DNA of 42,046 bases from Coleofasciculus chthonoplastes F2-STO-03 (GTDB lineage Bacteria; Cyanobacteriota; Cyanobacteriia; Cyanobacteriales; Coleofasciculaceae): assembly GCA_040222015.1 (NCBI GenBank), contig JAVJWO010000139.1, positions 1-42,046 on the forward strand, given 5' to 3'. Under the pieces are notes generated by a model, which saw nothing but the letters and a program-made list of their open reading frames with translations, was not told where the DNA came from and ran no database searches. Below are positions 21,878 to 31,331 of the stretch, piece by piece; position 1 is the first letter of the stretch, and the number at the start of each line of letters is the position of its first letter. Both the position numbers and the translations under genes were made by a program.

Positions 21878-23475
21878 ATGACTCAGCAACGCAGAAGAGG
21901 TTTTCTGGCTAGCCAAGATGGTTCGAGACATCTTGACAACAAAATGCGCGAAATGAGTTATACCCAAGAACGTCTAGCAACAGAGGCTGAGGTTGGCGAA
22001 CAGCAGGTTAAAAATTTATTACATCCTCACTGGGGACGTAAAACTCAAAAAGACGCAATCCAGAAAATTGCCAAAGTCCTCCAGCTAGAACCCACAGATA
22101 TCGTTGATCCCAATCATTGGTATCCACCTGTTCAAACCAGAGAGTCTACTGATTCGCTTGTCGTTAAACCGAGTCGTGAACGTTTAAGCACACTTCCAAA
22201 TCAGAACCTACCCCCACAGGATAATAAATTCATCGGTCGTGAAAAAGAACTATGCGACTTGATGAGATACCTATCTGAGGATCATGCCGCTCCAATTATT
22301 ACAGTAGATGGGATTGGTGGTGTTGGAAAGACGGCTTTAGTTGTAGAAGCAGCATATCGCTGTCTTGAGTACAGAGAATACGGAAATGCTAGGTCTGATA
22401 GTTCTACCCTTTCAAAAATCACTTGTGAAATCCCTTTATTTGATGCAATTATTTTTACCTCCGCCAAAGAAAATCGACTTTTACCAGACCGAATTTTAGA
22501 TAAACTCACTTCTCAGCGTACACTCCAAGAAATTATGAGAACAATTTCAATTACATTAGATGAGCCGTCAATCATGCATGAAAATGAGATAGAACGAATA
22601 AGGAAAAGACTCCGACAGCAAAAAGTTTTATTAATTATTGATAACCTGGAAACAATCGAAAATAAAAATAGAGTATTGTCTTTTCTTTACGAATTACCCA
22701 AAACTGTGAAATCAGTCATTACTACCCGTGAGCAAATAGGTGTTTGTTTTGTCCCTATTCACTTAGAGTCATTATCTAAACGGGAAAGTAAACAACTAAT
22801 TCAGCAGCAAGCTGATGATAAAGGAATTTCTCTAACGAATGAGGATAAAAATAACCTGATTAAAGCTAGTGGAGGGATTCCTATTGTCATTTATTGGAAG
22901 CGTGGGAATTACGCCAATACGGTGATTTTGATGATTTAGACTACTTAACAAATCACTTAGCTGGACTTTATCTTCGCTTAGAAAAGCCGGAAGAAGCACA
23001 CAAGTGGTTGAACCGAGAACAGGAAATTCTGAATGATAAAAATTTGACGAACGAAAAGCGTATTGCTCATCAAATTTATATAGATAGAGAACGATCAGAA
23101 GTATTATTTGAGCAAGGTCGATATTCTCAAGCTCAAGCTCTTTGTAATCAGGTCATTCAAGAATCAGATAAAATAAAAAATCAACGCCAGAAAAATTACA
23201 GTCAAAAAATCCTAGCTGATATTGCTATTGCTGAAGGTGAATTCGATAAAGCTGAAAATCTTCTTTTCATTGGATTTGATGAAGTTAAAGCGGCTAAAGA
23301 CAAACGTAGAACAGCCTATTATTTGGCTTCTTTTGCTAAGTTGGAAAAGGCTAGGTCAAATTTTAATAAAGCAAGAGAATATGCAAACAAAGCACATAAT
23401 TATTTTATCGAGCTAGGTATGATACGAGATGCTAAAAAAGTCAAATTCTTGTTGAATTCCATAATTTGTAAATAG
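21878..23475 (+). pseudogene. HTH-NB-ARC-TPR (STAND/NLR-like) gene with internal deletion and frameshift
   Basis: N-terminal XRE-like HTH, Walker A GIGGVGKT, Walker B LLIIDNLE; right after GGIP the frame switches (~22890) to a TPR-only ORF. Confidence 0.78.
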
Positions 23476-23544
23476 GGGTTGCTGAATAAATGTTGAACCC
23501 AAGGTCGTTTAACGCTAGTGGTGTTCAACCGAAGTGTATTGCGT

Positions 23545-23757
23545 CTACTCCTCTAAAATCTCAACCACATCCTCAATCATCACATCAAAGGTTCGAGCCA
23601 ACTTATAAATCGCGGTAAAGTCTACCATTGACAACTCGGAACGACGAGCATAGCTTTTGACTGTGTTGTACATCACACCAGAACGATCAGCAACCTCCTT
23701 GAGCGTCCAGCCTTTCTCAGCCGCCAGTTCTCGAATTTTCAGCCTGACTAAACCCAT
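23545..23757 (-). CDS. XRE-family HTH regulator, copy 1
   Basis: 70 aa, WTLKEVADRSGV..TV helix-turn-helix. Confidence 0.88.
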   Translation of the reverse strand: MGLVRLKIRELAAEKGWTLKEVADRSGVMYNTVKSYARRSELSMVDFTAIYKLARTFDVMIEDVVEILEE

Positions 23758-23759
23758 AC

Positions 23760-23867
23760 TTGACTATCGGTGCAATTGCACCTTATGATAATTCCGATAT
23801 ATAAAGCGATCGCTCTTTCCGTCTGACAAACCTAAGAGCGATCGCGCCAATGTCCCATTAAATGGGA
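23760..23867 (+). promoter_or_regulatory. Cassette 1 promoter/operator and HIP1 hairpin leader
   Basis: TTGACT-N18-TATGAT with palindrome GGTGCAATTGCACC in the spacer; GCGATCGCTCTT..AAGAGCGATCGC stem at 23806-23845; TCCCATT-A-AATGGGA hairpin. Confidence 0.65.
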
Positions 23868-23877
23868 AGTATTTTCT

Positions 23878-23966
23878 ATGTTATCAACACATACCACAAA
23901 AACGCCCATCCTTGTTAACCGATCCACAACTGAATCACAATTGCTACCTTGGAGAGAGTTGAGCCG
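23878..23966 (+). pseudogene. Deleted relic of the 156-aa cassette gene
   Basis: MLSTHTTKTP is joined almost directly to NRSTTESQLLPW (compare NRATSESQLLAW, ~aa 112-123 of the intact copies). Confidence 0.75.
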
Positions 23967-24179
23967 CTACTCTTCCACAATCTCAACCATATCCTCAACC
24001 ATCACATCAAAGGTTCGAGCTAGCTTCTGGACAGAAATAAAGTCAATCTTTGACATTCCAGGACAACGAGCATAATGTCTCACGGTGCTGTAAATTACAC
24101 CGGAACGCTCAGACACTTCCTTGAGTGTCCACCTCTTCTCTTGTGCAAATTCTCGAACCTTAAGCCTGACTCGCCCCAT
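23967..24179 (-). CDS. XRE-family HTH regulator, copy 2
   Basis: Start moved to MGRVRLK so the length matches copy 1 (70 aa). Confidence 0.88.
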   Translation of the reverse strand: MGRVRLKVREFAQEKRWTLKEVSERSGVIYSTVRHYARCPGMSKIDFISVQKLARTFDVMVEDMVEIVEE

Positions 24180-24181
24180 AC

Positions 24182-24320
24182 TTGACAAGTGATTGAGTGC
24201 CGTCATTTAATAGATTTATCGGAAAAAGCGATCGCTCTCCCCGTCGAGCAAACGCAAGAGCGATCGCACCAATATCCCATTACAAGGGAATGACTTACCA
24301 TTGCAGGGGAATTACTTTCT
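24182..24320 (+). promoter_or_regulatory. Cassette 2 leader
   Basis: TTGACA adjacent to the XRE start; GCGATCGCTCT..AGAGCGATCGC stem; duplicated CCATT..GGGAAT hairpin. Confidence 0.6.
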
Positions 24321-24791
24321 ATGTTATCAACAGATACCACAAAAACGCCCACCTTTGAAGCCTCAAAACTAAATTACAAATCCTCCACCCGTCATCCCCT
24401 GGCACGATTCGTCACTGTCGAGACAGTCGCCTTGCTGTTTAACCGCTCTCCCGACGAGATTTATCGCATCGAATGCTGGCAACATATCGTTTACGTTCAT
24501 GGTAAAGGGTTGAGCCGATTTGTCAGCTATGCCGACTTTCCGCCCATCCTGGAAGCTGAACCTCCCACGCCTCAAGACATGGTGCGTTGGCGCAAGCGCT
24601 GGAAGTCTCGAATTGCTCCAGAGTTTTGGACAATATTCTATAGATATCAGTTCAACCGAGCCAAGAGTGAGTCGCAATTGCTAGCGTGGGGACAATTTGT
24701 TGCTCTGGTAAAAGGATTGCTCTCAACAGCTGCCTTACAACACCTGCGCCAAGCCTACCAGCTAGAACAATATTGGTGGCGTCACTTTTGA
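24321..24791 (+). CDS. Unknown 156-aa Trp/Arg-rich protein, cassette copy 2
   Basis: Intact ORF, 149/156 identical to 31447-31917. Confidence 0.85.
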   Translation: MLSTDTTKTPTFEASKLNYKSSTRHPLARFVTVETVALLFNRSPDEIYRIECWQHIVYVHGKGLSRFVSYADFPPILEAEPPTPQDMVRWRKRWKSRIAPEFWTIFYRYQFNRAKSESQLLAWGQFVALVKGLLSTAALQHLRQAYQLEQYWWRHF

Positions 24792-24854
24792 CGACTGAAT
24801 CTGGCTTAACGAAGGAGAACAATATGATGACAGATCAAGGTGCGATCGCTCATC

Positions 24855-24897
24855 ATCACCCAGCTATGACCACAGTGACGATTAGCCCCTAAGATAA
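24855..24897 (+). repeat. 43-nt imperfect direct repeat, copy A
   Basis: ATCACCCAGCTATGACCACA...CTAAGATAA, repeated at 32783-32825. Confidence 0.8.
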
Positions 24898-24929
24898 GAG
24901 ATAATCACTGCTCCTTTAGCTAAGAGTTT

Positions 24930-26047
24930 ATGTTACGTGATCTCACTATACAAAATTATCGCTGCTTCAATAACTTTCATATCGACGGGTTAGCACGAGT
25001 TAATTTACTCGTGGGCATGAATAATTGTGGCAAAACAACATTACTGGAAGCTGTGTATCTACCACATTACTGGAAGCTGTGTATCTATTCGTTAATCAAG
25101 GTAATCCTCAGTGTTTAGGATATTTACTCTATAACCGAGGTGAACTGGTTGAACGCTCCATTTTTAGCCTGCCCGGTGAACCCCAGCGCCCTTTGTCTTA
25201 CTATCAAATTAGCCATCTATTTTACGGTTATGTACCGAGCTTAAATTCAACAATCCGTTTTAGTTCAACCCAAGATAATAATTTACAAGTTGAAATCATT
25301 AGACAAAAAGCAGAGACACCTAAAATTATAACTCCCTTTGAATTAATTGTTCGATTAAACTCAAAAGAGGTAACATATAATGTTCCTGTATATTCGGATG
25401 ATTTAATCGAATATAGATTGCTGACATTTCCTGGATTTCCAAATCAATATTCTGGTTCATCGAAGCTAGAAGAAAAATCCATAAATAATAGTTGGTTGAT
25501 TCCAACTAATAATTTAAGCAATCAAAATATATCTGATATGTGGAATGATATTACTCTCACACCAAAAGAAAATCAGGTAATAAACGCCTTAAAAATTTTA
25601 GATGAAAATATAGAGCGAATTAGTTTTACAAACAAGCCCAACTTCAACAGTGGCATTTTGTGTAAGCGCAGTAAAGAAGAATATCCAATTCCTCTCAGTA
25701 GCATGGGCGAAGGAATGCGACGCATTTTAAACTTAGCCATGGCAGCCGTGACAGTTGAGAATGGTGTCTTGCTGATAGACGAAATTGAAACAGGTCTATA
25801 TTATGAAGCCCAAACTGATATGTGGAGATTTATACTAGAAGTAGCCAATGAATTAAACATACAAGTTTTTGCAACAACTCATAGTTGGGACTGCATTTGT
25901 GCGTTTCAAGAAGCTTTGGATGAATTCGATGATCCATCAGTGGGCAAATTATTTCGATTGAGTCGTAAGGGTGAAGATATACGTCCGGTTGAATACGATT
26001 CTGAAAAATTGGGTGTTGCTGTGCGTCAAAATATTGAGGTTCGCTGA
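24930..26047 (+). pseudogene. AAA_15/AAA_21 ABC-type ATPase, frameshifted
   Basis: GMNNCGKT Walker A, MGEGMRR signature, LLIDEIETG, ATTHS; a 26-nt tandem duplication at 25038-25087 breaks the frame. Confidence 0.88.
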
Positions 26048-26293
26048 TGCCAAAAAAACCAAAACCTCATCAGCTATTGGTAGAAGGAAAAAATGATCGC
26101 CATGTGATCTGGGCTTTGTGTAATCAATATCAGTTGCCAGAAACATTTTCTGTAGAAGTAGCGGAAGAAAAAGGAACAGAGGGGATAGAGGCACTTTTAG
26201 CTGGATTACCAGCTAGAATATTAGGAATTGTCGTTGATACAGATCAAAATTTACTGGCACGATGGCAAGCGGTACAAAATCGACTCATGGAGA

Positions 26294-26572
26294 GTCAACG
26301 ACCCGCCGCTAACCCCTTAGGGATAGCGGCGGCTCTTCAAAGCCCTACGTTGACCAGTCTCCCTCAATCAAAGGCTTTTTGAGGGTAAGCGATATCTCGG
26401 TCACAACACCTACGAATGCGTGTCTAGCCAACTTAAGCCAGTTTGTAGCTCTGTTGTTCAGCATTAACTAGCAAGTACGGGTTTACGAGCCGTGTGCTGA
26501 GCGTAAAAAGCCAAGATATCAAAGACGAGGCACACTTAACCGGAGAAATCCGAGTTCGGCGGGAGTAATCCC
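26294..26572 (+). ncRNA. HEARO/omegaRNA scaffold
   Basis: GTCAACG..CGTTGACCAG 5' stem, ACACC..TGC..CCAG..GCTCTG, GACGAGG..ACTTAACC, and 3' GNRA hairpins CGGA-GAAA-TCCG and GGGA-GTAA-TCCC. Confidence 0.8.
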
Positions 26573-26793
26573 AACCCCTATGCGTACAGGTTAAAAGCAC
26601 GAGCTTGTAACTGCCCAAGCGAAAGGCAAATGCAATATGTCGAACGGTTGCAATTTAGTCCAAGGCGGTAGGAGTGATGCCGTTTTTTCTTTTTTTAATT
26701 TGATTCGCTGTCGCTCAACTTATTAGTTAGCGAACCCTTCCCCGGACGCTGATCTTTGGTGGTACAGGCGTCCGCCCCCTTGCGGCATTTTAG
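26294..26793 (+). mobile_element. Non-autonomous IS200/IS605 (IscB-type) element
   Basis: Exact 500-bp insert with no clear target duplication (only a GT ambiguity); subterminal hairpins at 26303-26332 and 26743-26774; no tnpA or iscB ORF. Confidence 0.8.
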
Positions 26794-27222
26794 GTGGATA
26801 TCAGGCGATTCCGACAGTACCTCCCCCAGATGGCTGGGTGTATACACAACCAGATAAACCCCAAATAGGCGTTTGGTTAATGCCTGATAATCAACTTCCT
26901 GGAATGTTGGAAGATTTTGTTGCCCATCTAATCCCTTCTGATGATAGTTTGCGTCCAAAAGCCGAGGCGATTGTGCAAGAGATTGAACAGTTGAAATTGA
27001 ATCGTTATACGCCAATTCATCATCCCAAAGCTTTAATTCATACGTGGTTAGCTTGGCAAGAAAAGCCAGGAATGCCAATGGGACAAGCCATTACCGCAAA
27101 GGTGCTGAGTTATAATGCTGAAATCGCGACAAAGTTTTTTGAATGGTTAAAACGTCTATTTGAGTTAGCGAATGCTTCAGCATAAAGGTGGCAAATCAAG
27201 GGTTAATGACGAATGACAAATG

Positions 27223-28512
27223 TCACGTAGTTTTGACATTTTGTTCTGTCTCTTCTTCTGATTCATCTCTGACGTGGAAATACCAGTAGAGGTTGGCAAC
27301 GGCTAAGTTTGAAGCTTTTTCCAAATTGGTAGGAACTAAGGTTTTGTAACCCGCGATCGCAGCTTGCTGAGTGATGTACGTTTCCCACTCTCGACGTAAC
27401 TTAGGTTTGATCATAAATTGCAGTTGGTTAAGCAAAGATGCGGGATGAGATTTTTGCTTTAAGTTCTCATAGAGTAGTTGTTCGGGGGGTTCTGCTAAGA
27501 CGTTTAAATCTGCACTGGCGTCTGGGGTAGCTGTGGCGTCTGAGTTGTTGAAGTCGGCACTTTGAAGCAGTTTGACTTCCGATGGAGGAAGCGATTGCAT
27601 CCAATCCACCTGATTTTGCCAAGACTCTAGTACGAGTAAATCATGGTGATGAATTCGGGTGAGTTCAGGGAAGAGAAAATCTAACTCGTCTTCGGTGTCA
27701 CAGCGTTCAATTACAGTGAGGGCATCTTGACGGATTTTATCCTGGAGGTGGGAGAGGCGATCGCTCACGGCGGCTAACTCATTTTGCTGTTGATAGGAGA
27801 GTGAGATCGTCTGATCAATTGCCCAAGCACATTCATATCTTCGCAGTTGTCCGGCGGTACAGGTTTCTGATAATAGGCGAGGATTGTTATAGTCTGCTAA
27901 TGCTTCTGATAACATCTGCCGTGCATTGGCTAAGTCTGCATTTTTGATACTCGCGTCTTCACATGACATAGCGGTTTTCATCAGCCTGGTTGCTTCTAAG
28001 AACCGTCCATAAGCCTGAACTAAAACTAAACGATGCTGCTCAAATTTGATATCCTGGGCAACTTCGTCAATGTGTTGGATTATTTCTGTCCCTTGGTCTT
28101 TTAGGGCTTTTTTGAGGTCAATAAAGCCGTCTCGAACATCAAGCTTTAGTTGTTTTACGTCTTGCCTCAGTTTCAAAGTCTGCCACAGGTTCACGGCTGA
28201 CAGTGCCACTCCTGCTACAGTTCCCACACCAATCACGGCTGTCGTAGCTTGCAGAACTCCCAAACTAGCTTGGACAGCTTGAAATCCCCCCTGAATTTGA
28301 TACATCTGTCCTGCACTCATTGCCATCTGGGGAACAGCGACTAGCGGATTCAGTGCAGCACCACTATTATTGAGGAGACCGACTGCATTACCAACAAACC
28401 GACCTGTTGCTGCATCTCTCGCCGCACTTATGGGGACTCCTTCGGATAAGACTTGGGCGTACTTGCCAGCAGCAAGACCAGCCTGAATTACCGGGGGAAA
28501 TTGAAACAGCAT
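27223..28512 (-). CDS. Hypothetical helical protein with a hydrophobic hairpin
   Basis: 429-aa intact ORF; VIGVGTVAGVALSAVNLW followed by a coiled coil. Confidence 0.75.
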   Translation of the reverse strand: MLFQFPPVIQAGLAAGKYAQVLSEGVPISAARDAATGRFVGNAVGLLNNSGAALNPLVAVPQMAMSAGQMYQIQGGFQAVQASLGVLQATTAVIGVGTVAGVALSAVNLWQTLKLRQDVKQLKLDVRDGFIDLKKALKDQGTEIIQHIDEVAQDIKFEQHRLVLVQAYGRFLEATRLMKTAMSCEDASIKNADLANARQMLSEALADYNNPRLLSETCTAGQLRRYECAWAIDQTISLSYQQQNELAAVSDRLSHLQDKIRQDALTVIERCDTEDELDFLFPELTRIHHHDLLVLESWQNQVDWMQSLPPSEVKLLQSADFNNSDATATPDASADLNVLAEPPEQLLYENLKQKSHPASLLNQLQFMIKPKLRREWETYITQQAAIAGYKTLVPTNLEKASNLAVANLYWYFHVRDESEEETEQNVKTT

Positions 28513-28650
28513 TGTTTTGCCTGAGTGGAAGTTCTTTTCTTAGAGCTTAACCTGTCGTATTAAGAAAAATCACCATGTTTATCGAAACTTTAAACACTTG
28601 GAGAGAAAACTAGGCAATACTAGAGTTAAGCCGATTCGCTCACAAAGATT

Positions 28651-30273
28651 ATGGATACAGCGCTAGTTAGTCCGGAGGCGGTTGCTCTATTGTCGCGGAT
28701 TACTGGGCAAAAGCTCAGTCAACGGCAACTCACTCCTCCCGTAATCTTCTTGGCAGCTTTGGTAACGGTTCTGCTGGGAGTGATGTTTGCCGATGGTACA
28801 GTTACTGATGAAGAGAAGCAACAGCTACAGGCGATCCTTGACAATTTAACTCCTTCAGGAAGCAAACTGCGTAAATTGGCACAACTCCTACTCAAGGGAG
28901 TTAAACAGCATCAGGTTTATACAAAATTAGATCAGTTGACGACACTGACAATCCCGCTTTCAGAAGCAGAAAAGCTATTAGTCATTAGCTTTGGCTATAA
29001 AATGTTAGCCAATACTAGAGGTATAAACTCTCGTGAAACAAGCTACTTGCAATTTCTCACCAACCAGCTAGGGGTTAATTCTAAATATTTAGCCGTTCTT
29101 GAAGCTGGATTCAGCGGACAAGAAAATATTAATCTAGAAGCCTTACAACAATTTCACTCTTTCCTCAACCCAGCTAATTTTCAATCAATTGACCTCTTAT
29201 TTGTTAATGCTGCTAGCTATATCCTAACCGAGTTACCTGCTATACCCCCGTCCCTCGGCAACCAGGCAGTTAACAGTTATTCCCTGGAACTGCAACAATC
29301 TGCTACTAAAATCAAGGAATCCCTTCAAGTCTGTTTAAATGAGCTGGATCAAGCTGAGACTGTTTGGAATACCAAGCCAAAAATTGCGAAGCTAGCTAAA
29401 CAGGAAATTTTGGAAAAACTAGGTGAATGCAGTGGGCTTTATGTCAAAATATGCAATCTAGATGATAAACTCAAAAATCAGACAATCGAGCAGGCAAAAA
29501 TATCTTGGCAAGAATGGTTAGATAAGCTGAAAGAGGATTTAAAAGAGGAGTGGTTTTCTGATGTTAGTCTTGAGGAGCAAAAGGTTGAAGATAAAAATAA
29601 GCTAGCTCGATACTATGCTAAGGAGTTTAGTCAAGACCTGATGGCTGAGGTGGATAACTGGTTTAATGACTTGATCAAGCTAAACATCCAATGTATTGAT
29701 CAAGATTTAGAAATAATTTTGGAACATCTAATTTTATTTAATCAGGAGATAACGCCTGACTGTGGTACTCACATCATAAACGAGATTGAAGAAATTAAGA
29801 AAAATTTATATAGCACTACCGAAGAGCTTCACGATTACTTTGGGGGGAATGAATCAGAATCTGATTTATTAGGGTGGATAGTTGATGGAACTGGCTTTAT
29901 CGTAGGATCGGTGACCAGTGGGATTGCAGGAGTCTTCAAATTTGGTGGTCGAGGAAATGATGCTCCCCAGCCTTCAATCAAGCAAAAAATTTTTGAGAAA
30001 GGTTGGGAAAGATTGGAGCAATCCCAAGATGAAATTTTAAATAAAATCAAAGAGATTCTTGTTTTAGTCATTGACAAAAAAATCCAATCAGCCACCGATA
30101 TTGCTGAACAAGCCGTATCATTCTATGAAGAATTTCTACAGCGGCAAGACAGATACCAGGAAGAAACAGAACAACAGCGTAATGCAGAGAAAGCTTGGAT
30201 ATCCCAACAACGTCAAGAATTGGAAAAAGTGCAGAAGAATATCGAGGTAGTTTTATCAATGCCGTCTTCTTGA
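28651..30273 (+). CDS. TerB-like domain plus dynamin-like helical C-terminus, no visible GTPase domain
   Basis: VMFADGTVTDEEK TerB motif; helical body with a GFIVGSVTSGIAG paddle-like segment; no P-loop seen. Confidence 0.7.
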   Translation: MDTALVSPEAVALLSRITGQKLSQRQLTPPVIFLAALVTVLLGVMFADGTVTDEEKQQLQAILDNLTPSGSKLRKLAQLLLKGVKQHQVYTKLDQLTTLTIPLSEAEKLLVISFGYKMLANTRGINSRETSYLQFLTNQLGVNSKYLAVLEAGFSGQENINLEALQQFHSFLNPANFQSIDLLFVNAASYILTELPAIPPSLGNQAVNSYSLELQQSATKIKESLQVCLNELDQAETVWNTKPKIAKLAKQEILEKLGECSGLYVKICNLDDKLKNQTIEQAKISWQEWLDKLKEDLKEEWFSDVSLEEQKVEDKNKLARYYAKEFSQDLMAEVDNWFNDLIKLNIQCIDQDLEIILEHLILFNQEITPDCGTHIINEIEEIKKNLYSTTEELHDYFGGNESESDLLGWIVDGTGFIVGSVTSGIAGVFKFGGRGNDAPQPSIKQKIFEKGWERLEQSQDEILNKIKEILVLVIDKKIQSATDIAEQAVSFYEEFLQRQDRYQEETEQQRNAEKAWISQQRQELEKVQKNIEVVLSMPSS

Positions 30274-30280
30274 AGAAAAA

Positions 30281-30404
30281 AGTGAGTCGCAATTGCTAGC
30301 ATGGGGACAATTTGTTGCTCTGGTAAAAGGATTGCTCTCAACAGCCGCTTTACAACACCTGCACCAAGCCTGCAAACTAACAATATTGGTGGCATCACTT
30401 TTGA
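30281..30404 (+). pseudogene. 3' relic of the 156-aa cassette gene
   Basis: Near-identical to the last ~125 nt of 24321-24791 (SESQLLAWGQFVAL...) with a 2-nt deletion. Confidence 0.85.
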
Positions 30405-30451
30405 CAAAACACTGAATCTGGCTTAACTAGAGTAAAACAAGACCATTGAAT

Positions 30452-30658
30452 ATGAACACTCAACTCGTTGACTCTCTAATCCAAGTTATTCTCTCTCTCT
30501 CGAAAGAGGAGCGTCATTTACTTGAGCAAAAGCTGTTTTTTGAATCATTAAGTCCTTCAACGGGTGACTTAATGCAAATGGCTCAAAAGGGTGGCTCGTT
30601 CAACTTCCTGTACGATGAACCCGATTTGTATACTCTTGAAGATGGGGAACCCATATAA
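30452..30658 (+). CDS. Putative type II antitoxin
   Basis: Small protein with acidic C-terminus GGSFNFLYDEPDLYT; TAATG overlap with the toxin gene. Confidence 0.75.
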   Translation: MNTQLVDSLIQVILSLSKEERHLLEQKLFFESLSPSTGDLMQMAQKGGSFNFLYDEPDLYTLEDGEPI

Positions 30659-31005
30659 TGTCTGTCAAAAAAGGAGATATTGTTTTAGTTCCCTTCCCTT
30701 TCACAGATTTGAGTACAACAAAACTGCGTCCGGCTGTAGTCTTATGGGTAGATTCTACAGGTGATGACGTAACCCTCTGTTTTATTTCATCTCAAAATTT
30801 AACCCGTCTCAGTCCAGATGAATTTGTTCTAGATGCTTCAGATCCCGAATTTTCCAATACTGGACTAAAGGTTGCTTCTAAAGTTAGGGTGACACGAATC
30901 GTTACTCTTGAACGTCGATTGATTACACGACGTATCGGCAAGTTAGGAGTCAATCAAATTCAGCAATTGAACTCAGTTATGCTTCAAGCCTTTCAACTTT
31001 TGTAA
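30658..31005 (+). CDS. PemK/MazF-family toxin
   Basis: KGDIVLVPFPFTD..K.RPAVV, TGLK..S, IGKL. Confidence 0.9.
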   Translation: MSVKKGDIVLVPFPFTDLSTTKLRPAVVLWVDSTGDDVTLCFISSQNLTRLSPDEFVLDASDPEFSNTGLKVASKVRVTRIVTLERRLITRRIGKLGVNQIQQLNSVMLQAFQLL

Positions 31006-31041
31006 TTGAGTTTTAATGTGAATGGTACCGAAATTTTGGCT

Positions 31042-31062
31042 GGTGGGCAATGCCCACCCTAC
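31042..31062. repeat. REP palindrome
   Basis: GGTGGGCA-A-TGCCCACC-CTAC. Confidence 0.8.
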
Positions 31063-31116
31063 TTAACGTCCTTAACTGGTTATAGCGTTGTTTTAATTAT
31101 GGCGCTTGGCTTACGT

Positions 31117-31329
31117 CTACTCTTCCACAATCTCAACCAAGTCCTCAATCATCACATCAAAGGTTCGAGCTAACTTATAGAGGGCGGTATAATCGACCAT
31201 TGACAACTTGGAACGACGGGCATAACTTCTCACCGTACTGTAAATTACGCCGGAACGGTCGGACACTTCCTTCAACGTCCATCCCTTCTCTTGTGCGAGT
31301 TCTCGAATCTTTAGCCTAACTAATCCCAT
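31117..31329 (-). CDS. XRE-family HTH regulator, copy 3
   Basis: 70 aa from MGLVRLK; 60/70 identical to copy 1 and 51/70 to copy 2 (hand count). Confidence 0.88.
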   Translation of the reverse strand: MGLVRLKIRELAQEKGWTLKEVSDRSGVIYSTVRSYARRSKLSMVDYTALYKLARTFDVMIEDLVEIVEE

Positions 31330-31331
31330 CC

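Larger units (their letters stand above)
26047..27185 (+). pseudogene. DUF3226 (TOPRIM-like) gene interrupted by an insertion
   Basis: LLVEGKND, LGIVVDTD ... GVWLMPDNQLPGMLEDF, WLAWQ; removing 26294-26793 gives a 212-aa ORF reading RLMESGYQAIP across the junction. Confidence 0.88.

Noticed and set aside
22885..22900. Programmed frameshift in the STAND gene
   Set aside because: No slippery heptamer, and domains are missing, which indicates a deletion
26294..26793. Intron (GT...AG ends) or IStron
   Set aside because: GT-AG splicing does not occur in bacteria, and no group I or group II core was recognised; the ends are explained by the IS insertion
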